A stretch of DNA of 28,888 nucleotides from an uncultured Candidatus Saccharibacteria bacterium (GTDB taxonomy: Bacteria; Patescibacteriota; Dojkabacteria; SC72). This document shows, piece after piece, positions 16,089-23,221 of this stretch (position 1 is the stretch's first letter; the number at the start of each line of letters is the position of its first letter). The notes beneath the pieces are model-generated. The model did not search any database. It was given only the letters and a program-made list of their open reading frames with translations, and was not told the DNA's origin. The stretch covers positions 1 to 28,888 of the forward strand of contig CAZNJV010000001.1 in the NCBI GenBank assembly GCA_964573565.1, read 5' to 3'. A program made the position numbers and the translations under genes.

Positions 16089-16327
16089 TGGTGGGCATGG
16101 ATAACACTCAAAAGATTCTTTTAATAGTTCAAGTTGTGATTTGCGCAGTATTAATAGTTTCTGTCTTATTACAAAATCGTGCAGAAGGCTTGGGCAAAAT
16201 GTTTGGTGGTGGTGGTGAGGTGTTTAGAACTAAACGAGGATTAGAAAAGGTCTTGTATTATGCAACTATTGTTTTAATTATTGCTCTCATCACTATTTCT
16301 TTGCTTATTCTTAAATACTCAGAATAA
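16088..16327 (+). CDS. secG: Preprotein translocase subunit SecG
   Basis: TM-LLQNRAEGLGKMFGGGG..FRTKRGLEKVL-TM pattern. Confidence 0.9.
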   Translation: MVGMDNTQKILLIVQVVICAVLIVSVLLQNRAEGLGKMFGGGGEVFRTKRGLEKVLYYATIVLIIALITISLLILKYSE

Positions 16328-16334
16328 AGATTTG

Positions 16335-18110
16335 ATGAAAAATTCCAAGGATCAGAAACAAAATGGGTCTCTTTCCATGAAAGATGCTTTAAGTGAGTTC
16401 AAACACATTAGAGTTATCGAAAATCATAATGAAAAGCGAGATTGGAGGAATTTCTTCTGGAATTATCCTACTTTCTTGGTTTCTTTATTTAAGAAAACAA
16501 TTCCTTTTAGCTATATTTTCCTTTCATTGGTTGCAGCTTTCTTGGTAGGTCTCTTTTTTCAATCTAATATCTTTGCGAAATTTCTAAGAAGTAATTCTAG
16601 TGCAAATGATACATATACAGAGGGTATGGTTGGTGCTATATCTTCCTTTAATCCTCTGTTTGTGTCTGCAAACTACGTAGATAAGGTGGTAGATAGTTTG
16701 GTTTTCGAGAAGTTTGTATATATTGATACTTCAGGAAAACCTACGCCTGGTGTGGCAAAGGAATGGAGTGTCTCAGAGGACAATTTGACCTACTCTTTCG
16801 TTTTGGATGAAGATCTGTATTGGCAAAATGGGGATCCAGTAACGATTGATGATGTGCTTTTTACTTTCAATACGGCAGTTTCATTGTATAGTGATTATCA
16901 TTTTGATTCTGTTGGTTCTGCTTTAGAGGGTATAACGATTTCTGCTATTGATGAGGAGACGATTCAGTTTACTCTGAAGTCTTCAAATCCTACATTCTTT
17001 GAAGCAATATCATTATATATTGTCCCAAAGAGTGTCTTAGAAGATGTATCAATGACAGAGATGCCTTTTGACTCTTTCGCTGTATCACCGGTAGGTTGTG
17101 GTAAGTATCGAGTGGAGAAGACAGAACAAAATGCAGTGTATTTAGTTGATAATGAATATGACGAATACTATCCATCATTAAAGAATATTGTATTTAGAAT
17201 CTATCCTGATTATGCCTCTTTGGAGACTGCAATGCGTGTTGGGGATATTGATGCTCTCGGTACATGGGATAGCGAGGCTTTGTCATTCATGAAGGATTAT
17301 CCTAACTATGGAGTACTAACCAAGGATGAAATCTACAGGAATAGGATATTGTTTTTTAATGTAAGAAAAGATGTGCTTAAGGACAAGAACTTGAGAATTG
17401 GTTTGAGTTATTTATTAAACAAAGAAGCATTGCTATCTGAAGCACCTCTTGAAGGTGATGTCATGCAGGGTCCTATTCCATCCACCTCTTGGGCGTTTAA
17501 TAGCCAGCTGGACTATTATGCATATAATGCGGAGAAAGCTGCTGCGTTTTTAAGTAATGCAGGCTATACAAAAAATGCAGAGACTGAATATTTCGAATCA
17601 AAGGAGGGGGATATTCTAAGTTTTACATTAAGCTATTTGGATAATGATCTGAATAAGCGTGTAGTGGCAACGATAGTGTCTTTGTTCGATAAAGAGGGTG
17701 TTGTCATAAAACCAAGAGCCCTTTCTTACAATGAGATTTCACAACAGGTTATTGCTACCAGAGATTTTGAAATTCTTTTGTACGAGGTCGAAACTACTGT
17801 AGATCCGGATCAGTACAATCTTTGGCATTCTTTGAAGGTAAACTATCCAGATCTAAATCTCTCAGGTTATGAGTATGAAAGGGTGGATATTTTACTTGAA
17901 GATGCTAGAAAAACAAATAATGTTACTACACGTCAGACGAAATACAATCAGTTCCAAAGGTACTTAATGGCAGATGCTCCAGCCATTTTCCTTTATCATC
18001 CGACATTTGTCTTCTACTTCAATAGCAAGTTAAGTGGTATTGATATGACAAATACCAATTTCTCGTATGAAAGGTATTGGAATATACAGGATTGGAAATG
18101 GAATCTCTAA
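16335..18110 (+). CDS. TM-anchored family 5 (peptide/nickel) ABC solute-binding protein, orphan
   Basis: SFNPLF, PGVAKEWSVSED, YWQNGDPVTIDDVLFTF, PVGCGKY, LRIGLSYLLNKE, DAPAIFLY. ATG 16335 is preferred over the 16281 start that overlaps secG. Confidence 0.88.
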   Translation: MKNSKDQKQNGSLSMKDALSEFKHIRVIENHNEKRDWRNFFWNYPTFLVSLFKKTIPFSYIFLSLVAAFLVGLFFQSNIFAKFLRSNSSANDTYTEGMVGAISSFNPLFVSANYVDKVVDSLVFEKFVYIDTSGKPTPGVAKEWSVSEDNLTYSFVLDEDLYWQNGDPVTIDDVLFTFNTAVSLYSDYHFDSVGSALEGITISAIDEETIQFTLKSSNPTFFEAISLYIVPKSVLEDVSMTEMPFDSFAVSPVGCGKYRVEKTEQNAVYLVDNEYDEYYPSLKNIVFRIYPDYASLETAMRVGDIDALGTWDSEALSFMKDYPNYGVLTKDEIYRNRILFFNVRKDVLKDKNLRIGLSYLLNKEALLSEAPLEGDVMQGPIPSTSWAFNSQLDYYAYNAEKAAAFLSNAGYTKNAETEYFESKEGDILSFTLSYLDNDLNKRVVATIVSLFDKEGVVIKPRALSYNEISQQVIATRDFEILLYEVETTVDPDQYNLWHSLKVNYPDLNLSGYEYERVDILLEDARKTNNVTTRQTKYNQFQRYLMADAPAIFLYHPTFVFYFNSKLSGIDMTNTNFSYERYWNIQDWKWNL

Positions 18111-18113
18111 ACA

Positions 18114-18197
18114 TGCCAAGAGGGGGATTTGAACCCCCATCCTATCGCTAGGACTACATCCTGAATGTAGCGCGTCTGCCAGTTTCGCCATCTTGGC
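18114..18197 (-). tRNA. tRNA-Leu(CAG), CCA not encoded
   Basis: GCCAAGA/TCTTGGC acceptor stem, CTACA-TTCAGGA-TGTAG anticodon arm, long variable arm, T-loop TTCAAAT. TG-G-TAAAAT lies upstream. Confidence 0.95.
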
Positions 18198-18223
18198 TTA
18201 CCCAGGATATTTTACCACGAAAG

Positions 18224-19309
18224 CTACTTTTTTGAAGTAAGTGTAACGTCTACAGCAGGTTTGGATTCTTTACCGTTCGCTTCATCAGGATCAAACTTCT
18301 TGTAGTCTTTTAGGAAGTCAATCTTATTTATTACAACTTTCTCTTCTTTTTGCTCAACTGGTTCTGCTTTTTCTTCTTTTTTACCCTCGGCCATTAGCTT
18401 CTCTCTGAGAGTGACCTCTTGCTTCTTTTCTGTATTCTTTTGGAACTGTTTAGCGATCTTCTCCTCTGCTCTATGTGTAACCTCTTTGATTCGTTGAGTC
18501 TTGCTAAAAATGCCAACCACAATACCTAGTACAAATGCACAGAAAGCGATGAGTATGTATGTCTGATTATTCACAATCCAGTCCTTCACTACAGTTAATG
18601 ATAGTTGGCTAAGATCAAGTAGATACTCTCCCTTATTATTAGTACTGCTATTAACATCTAAGGTAAATTTGGTTACTTCAGAAAAGTTACTAGCATAGCC
18701 ATACCTTCTGATATATCCTGTTATTGAATAGATGTCGTTAGGTAAAGTTGTACGACTGAAATTCATACTCCACTTACCATCCCCATCAATTAACCCTGTC
18801 TGTGAAGACACCTCCGTACCACTAGAAAGAAGCATTATGATCTCAGAATTTGCCAATCCAGTCCCAGAAATGGTGACTGTATCTGCAGTAATAGTTGGTG
18901 TATTAAGAATCGGAGGACGAGGAATTATAACGATGGAAGTACTGTAAATTTGTGTGGCTGCATTTGCATCTTGATATTTAAATTCAAGTGTATGCTTACC
19001 TATGCTTAGTGCAGGAAAACTGTATGGTGAAGTTATGTCTACAAATCCTTTACTATCTATCTCCAATTGGACGATTGCTCCACTTTGTGATGGATTTGTA
19101 AATGTAATTATTGTACTAGGGTTATCTGTTTGATCAGGAATATCCAATCCGAGAGGATTTTCCTTTGTCGAAGTTACGGGTGTTGATGTCGTAGTGGATT
19201 CTGTTGTCCCTACGAGTTGTTGCACGGTTGTGTCTTCTTGTGCAAAAGCATGACTTGCAAAAATTAATGGGATTACAGCTGTTGCTACTAGGATTTTGAG
19301 ATATTTCAT
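18224..19309 (-). CDS. Type I membrane surface protein with probable Ig-like domains and a charged cytoplasmic tail
   Basis: Signal peptide ending AFA, Thr-rich linker, SIGKHTLEF and TISGTG...DGDGKWS segments typical of bacterial Ig-like folds, TM YILIAFCAFVLGIVVGIF, K/E-rich tail. Confidence 0.75.
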   Translation of the reverse strand: MKYLKILVATAVIPLIFASHAFAQEDTTVQQLVGTTESTTTSTPVTSTKENPLGLDIPDQTDNPSTIITFTNPSQSGAIVQLEIDSKGFVDITSPYSFPALSIGKHTLEFKYQDANAATQIYSTSIVIIPRPPILNTPTITADTVTISGTGLANSEIIMLLSSGTEVSSQTGLIDGDGKWSMNFSRTTLPNDIYSITGYIRRYGYASNFSEVTKFTLDVNSSTNNKGEYLLDLSQLSLTVVKDWIVNNQTYILIAFCAFVLGIVVGIFSKTQRIKEVTHRAEEKIAKQFQKNTEKKQEVTLREKLMAEGKKEEKAEPVEQKEEKVVINKIDFLKDYKKFDPDEANGKESKPAVDVTLTSKK

Positions 19310-19311
19310 TG

Positions 19312-19320
19312 TTAGGCAGT
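19312..19320 (-). promoter_or_regulatory. ACTGCCTAA start-proximal motif (Ig-like gene)
   Basis: 2 nt upstream of ATG 19309; TATAAA lies 4 nt upstream of the motif. Confidence 0.55.
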
Positions 19321-19335
19321 TAAATTTATATTCGG

Positions 19336-19827
19336 TTATTTCTCCATTCTATCAATGAACAAGATTCCTTCCAAGTGGTCATGCTCATGTTGGATGCTCG
19401 TAGCGTTAATGTCCTTGTATCGTTTTGTAATCCATTTCCCATCCTTATCTTGGTACTTGATTTTGACTTTGTAATATCTTTCAACGTTACCGACTTTCTT
19501 CGGTACACTTAAACATCCCTCTTCTCCTTTGATTTTTAAAAATCCCTCTGGCTCTACACTAGGATTAATGAAAAGTTCCCATTCATTAGTATCATAGTTT
19601 AATGAATAGAAAACACAGTATGGTTTTCCAACCTGAATAGCGGCGATACCACCTGCGGGAACATTGCCTTGATCTTCACTGTGCTCTGCTGTATACAACA
19701 GGTCCTCAAGGAAGGTTGTAAATTCTTTGCTTTGAAGAATCTCAGGTGTTACCAATGAGCTCTTTCCTCTTAGTATCTGTTCTTCTTTTGCATCTTCGAT
19801 TGTTAGTATCTTTAAAGGCTTTGCCAT
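19336..19827 (-). CDS. def: Peptide deformylase
   Basis: GGIAAIQVG, EGCLS, QHEHDHLEG. Confidence 0.95.
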   Translation of the reverse strand: MAKPLKILTIEDAKEEQILRGKSSLVTPEILQSKEFTTFLEDLLYTAEHSEDQGNVPAGGIAAIQVGKPYCVFYSLNYDTNEWELFINPSVEPEGFLKIKGEEGCLSVPKKVGNVERYYKVKIKYQDKDGKWITKRYKDINATSIQHEHDHLEGILFIDRMEK

Positions 19828-19848
19828 AATGATAAGTATATCATAATG

Positions 19849-20562
19849 TCAGGCCTGCATCCTAAGACGAAGATTTTGCAAATAGTGATGGTTAATACCA
19901 TATCCAGCTTGATGTCGTGTCAGTATGAGCGGTTCTGGGATTTTATCTTTTAACTTTGATCTTATTCTACTTACTATCGTATGTATTGCAGATTCTGTAA
20001 TTTCTCCTTCGCCGCATGGTGAAAGACTCGTTATTCGTTTTGGGCTAAGAACTCTCCCTCCTGAACGGACAAGTAGCATAAGCAGGTTAAACTCTCTTGA
20101 TGTTAGCGGTATAAAATCAGATTCTAAGATTATGCCTTTAGAAGCAGTGTCTATCTTCAAGATACCAAGATCAATTAATATGCTGTGCTGGAATAATAAA
20201 GATAAGTGCTTTATCTGGGCTTTGAGTAGTTCACATCTAATAGGCTTTTCGTGATAAATATTTATTCCAAGTTGATAAGAAAGTATCTTATTCTCGAGTA
20301 AGTTCTCTCCTAATATAATAACTGGCGAAAGTAGACTCTTCTCTCTTATATATTTTATGCATGAAAGAGAATTTTTATCTTTTAAATCTAAGTCAGCGAT
20401 GATCAATGAGTATTTCGAAAGTGACTTGTCAGCTATATTTTTTATCTTATTTACACGCTCAATTTCGATGTCGGAGCTTCCGATACACGATATCAAAATA
20501 TCAAAAATCTGTTCATTCTTTTCAATTATCAGTATCTGGGGTACCAATATCTTCGAGAACAT
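19849..20562 (-). CDS. OmpR/PhoB-family response regulator with atypical receiver, orphan
   Basis: Receiver LIIADLDL...EKP. Winged-helix LTSREFNLL...RVLS...AIHTIVSRIRSKL...GY. Confidence 0.85.
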   Translation of the reverse strand: MFSKILVPQILIIEKNEQIFDILISCIGSSDIEIERVNKIKNIADKSLSKYSLIIADLDLKDKNSLSCIKYIREKSLLSPVIILGENLLENKILSYQLGINIYHEKPIRCELLKAQIKHLSLLFQHSILIDLGILKIDTASKGIILESDFIPLTSREFNLLMLLVRSGGRVLSPKRITSLSPCGEGEITESAIHTIVSRIRSKLKDKIPEPLILTRHQAGYGINHHYLQNLRLRMQA

Positions 20563-20604
20563 GGTTTATTGTACTATGAAGAACCTTTCAAAAACTTTGC
20601 AAAC

Positions 20605-20736
20605 CTATTCTTCACCATTCTCATCTTCTTCCTCATTCTCATCTTCAGAGGATGGGTGCAGCCATGTTAGTAGAAGAAGTATCAGTATTATTAAGGCTAG
20701 TGTGGCAATGAGTATGATAAAAAATAGGCTGTTCAT
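20605..20736 (-). CDS. 43-aa single-TM protein with acidic tail (MNSLFFIILIATLALIILILLLLTWLHPSSEDENEEEDENGEE)
   Basis: C-terminal part of the ORF-track 20605..20817 frame. ATG 20736 lies 7 nt after the stop of the upstream small ORF. Confidence 0.65.
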   Translation of the reverse strand: MNSLFFIILIATLALIILILLLLTWLHPSSEDENEEEDENGEE

Positions 20737-20743
20737 ATTTAGA

Positions 20744-20881
20744 TTATATATTGTTTCCAATATATTCTGTATATGATCCTTCGTTTGAATTTGAGATAAC
20801 AGCTTGAGTAAGTGCAATTACTCCAAGGAGGAAGCAGATGATTGCAATATATATTGCGAAAGTAGGCAGCTTTTGGTGCAT
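20744..20881 (-). CDS. 45-aa single-TM protein (MHQKLPTFAIYIAIICFLLGVIALTQAVISNSNEGSYTEYIGNNI), not in the ORF track
   Basis: Hand translation. Clear hydrophobic helix. Fills an otherwise empty gap, co-oriented with its neighbours. Confidence 0.55.
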   Translation of the reverse strand: MHQKLPTFAIYIAIICFLLGVIALTQAVISNSNEGSYTEYIGNNI

Positions 20882-20984
20882 GTTGTGTAGAGTATTAAGT
20901 TAGTTCCCGGAAAGCGAGAAAAGACCTCCACTCTATCAAAAATATTCAGTAATTGAAATTTGTAATTTGGCTTGTAATGGTTTT

Positions 20985-21530
20985 TTAATTTCTGTATTTC
21001 TCTAGCATTCGTTCTGTTAGAGAAAAGCAGCACCCACAGAAGTTTTGTTTGTAAAAACCTCCGGTCTTAATATGCTCGTGTTCTTGTTTTGGGTAAATGA
21101 GGCTGATATCTTTGGTTTCAAGCTTCTTCGCAATAGCTATTATTGTATCTGTGTCTTGATAATGGCTTGAGAGAAGTGTAGAAGATACATAGTTGAAATT
21201 ACGTTCTTGGGCATAATTAAAAAGATGTTGTATTCTGTTCTCCCAGCATCCGATACATCTTTTTTCTTTTCCTATTATACTTTCAAAGTATTCTTTGGGT
21301 TTGTATTCTGGAATTATCAACTCTACTTCCTGTTTTATCATCTTCCCCTCTATTATCTTTTTTAGTGCATTTAATCTCTCTAGATATTCAGTACGTGGAT
21401 GGATATTGGGATTGTAGTATAGCAGGGTTAATTTTGTTGAGGAAGAGATCTCTCCCTCTTCTTCCAATTCGTTAATGAGGTTTAAAAGACAGTCTGCACA
21501 ACATGTGTGAATTAGTAAATTATTAAGCAT
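20985..21530 (-). CDS. queH: Epoxyqueuosine reductase QueH (DUF208)
   Basis: IHTCCADC, YNPNIHP..EYLER, RCIGC, STLLSS, YKQNFCGCCFS. Confidence 0.85.
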   Translation of the reverse strand: MLNNLLIHTCCADCLLNLINELEEEGEISSSTKLTLLYYNPNIHPRTEYLERLNALKKIIEGKMIKQEVELIIPEYKPKEYFESIIGKEKRCIGCWENRIQHLFNYAQERNFNYVSSTLLSSHYQDTDTIIAIAKKLETKDISLIYPKQEHEHIKTGGFYKQNFCGCCFSLTERMLEKYRN

Positions 21531-22251
21531 TCTTTTTAATCTGTGTCCAATATATTTTAATTCGCTTTAGGAAGTGGAACAGTCCAACTGTGCCCATGAA
21601 GAGTGATAATTCAACATGCCAGTATAGAAAATTGAAGGAAGAATTTGCGAGTGCAGGTACTTGGTATTGCAATATCATTATAATTCCAAACCCTAGTGTA
21701 GGTATTAGGAATGAGAGAAGAAGCATTGTGTTCCAAAATGCATTGAAGAATTTTCCTTTTGGTGGATTGCTAATTTTGAATGCAAAGATATAGTGGCCCC
21801 AGTAGAGGATAGTTGCTATCAAGATTGGTATTAAGAGATTGTAAGGGTTGTTCTTCGTAGTTGTGATGGTTTCTGTGACTTGAGTAGGATCGGATGTTGT
21901 GTTATCTGTCGTTGTAACTGGTGTCTCAGTAGCGGTAGAAAGTGTACCTACTCTAAAAGTCTCCAAAAGATTTTGGGTAGTGGTTGTAAGATGTTTTCTC
22001 TCACTATCAAAAGCTTGTGCTATATCTGTACCACACCAGCTCGTTATATTGGAATATCGTTGATTGTGAATGTTCAGATACGTTGTGATGTCATAGACAT
22101 TACTATCATATATTACCCAGCAACTTGTGGAAGTATCATGTGTTGCTACTTCCTCTGACGTGTACTGTGTTGAGGCTATGACTTTGTGTAGTGTTAAGCC
22201 CAAGATCAATATCCCTAATATCGTTATACCTAGAGTTTTTCGATTTTTCAT
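21523..22251 (-). CDS. Cytochrome b5-like heme-binding domain fused to a His-bearing C-terminal membrane domain
   Basis: YTSEEVATH...CWVIYDSNVYDIT.Y...H...CGTDIAQAF...H, Thr-rich linker, 3 TM with YWHVE...LFHF. Alternative start at 22257. Confidence 0.75.
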   Translation of the reverse strand: MKNRKTLGITILGILILGLTLHKVIASTQYTSEEVATHDTSTSCWVIYDSNVYDITTYLNIHNQRYSNITSWCGTDIAQAFDSERKHLTTTTQNLLETFRVGTLSTATETPVTTTDNTTSDPTQVTETITTTKNNPYNLLIPILIATILYWGHYIFAFKISNPPKGKFFNAFWNTMLLLSFLIPTLGFGIIMILQYQVPALANSSFNFLYWHVELSLFMGTVGLFHFLKRIKIYWTQIKKNA

Positions 22252-22257
22252 AGTCAT

Positions 22258-22310
22258 AGAATACTAAAGATATGAAAAGAATTGCAAATACCACTTCACT
22301 TTGTTATTCT
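22258..22310. promoter_or_regulatory. Back-to-back promoters sharing one palindromic -35
   Basis: TTGCAA (22282-22287). Plus strand: 17 nt then TATTCT (22305-22310). Minus strand: 18 nt then TATTCT (22263-22258). Confidence 0.65.
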
Positions 22311-22315
22311 AAGGC

Positions 22316-23221
22316 ATGGCAAAATACTCTATTAGCATTAAGGATTTCTCAAAATCTTTTGGTGAAGTTAAAGCTGTACAGAATCTCTCTTTTGATGTTA
22401 ATGATGGTGAGGTATTCGCATTTTTGGGTACTAATGGATCTGGTAAGACTACAACTATTCGATGTTTGCTTAAGATCTATCAGGCTGATTCTGGGAAGCT
22501 ACTGATAAATGGGAAGGAATATTCAGAAGAGCTAAACAATATCATAGGATATCTTCCTGAAGAGCGAGGTCTGTATCGAGATGTTTCGGTTATAGATATC
22601 CTTACATATACTGCAAGATTGAGAGGAATAGAGAAAGCTGAAGCGTTGAAACGAAGTACAGAGTACTTGGAACTTGTAGGATTAATAGCACACAAAGACA
22701 AGGAGATCTCTCAGCTTAGTTCCGGTATGCAACAGAAGGTACAGCTTGGTACGGCGTTGATTCACAATCCAGAGATTTTGATATTGGATGAACCCTTTAA
22801 GGGCTTAGATCCTGTAAATAGGCAGATGTTTGTTGATCTGCTTACAGAAAGAGGTAAAAAAGGCACCACTATTCTTTATAGCACACATGTTATTGAAGAG
22901 GCACAAAAGATGGCAGATAGATTACTGATTATTAAAAATGGTTGCCAAATGGAGTATGGTTCGGTAAACGAGGTACGCGCAAGGCATGGTAGTAAGAATA
23001 TATATATGGAATTTGAGAAATGGAATCCAGAAGAAAAGAATGACCTTTATACAGCGATAGTATCAAATAAAACAGCAGAACTTATTCCAAATGCTGGTGT
23101 GACTGAGACAGAGATCTTGAAGAGTTTATTAGATCAAGGAGTCAAAATTATTAGTTTCAACCTAGATTACCCTAGCCTAAATCAGGTATTTATAGATATT
23201 ATGAAAGAGAATGAAAAGTAA
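22316..23221 (+). CDS. ABC-2 type exporter ATP-binding subunit (NatA/YhaQ-like)
   Basis: Walker A GTNGSGKT, Q-region GYLPEERGLY, signature LSSGMQQK, Walker B ILDEP, H-loop STH. Confidence 0.92.
   Translation: MAKYSISIKDFSKSFGEVKAVQNLSFDVNDGEVFAFLGTNGSGKTTTIRCLLKIYQADSGKLLINGKEYSEELNNIIGYLPEERGLYRDVSVIDILTYTARLRGIEKAEALKRSTEYLELVGLIAHKDKEISQLSSGMQQKVQLGTALIHNPEILILDEPFKGLDPVNRQMFVDLLTERGKKGTTILYSTHVIEEAQKMADRLLIIKNGCQMEYGSVNEVRARHGSKNIYMEFEKWNPEEKNDLYTAIVSNKTAELIPNAGVTETEILKSLLDQGVKIISFNLDYPSLNQVFIDIMKENEK

Noticed and set aside
13989-18197. tRNA genes as integration sites
   Set aside because: No duplicated tRNA 3' end (att repeat) was seen and the flanking genes are housekeeping-like.
20818-21033. 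71-aa ORF-track ORF, and GGAGGT at 20929-20924 as an SD
   Set aside because: The ORF overlaps the queH end and has no features. The GGAGGT has no start codon at SD distance (42 nt to ATG 20881).
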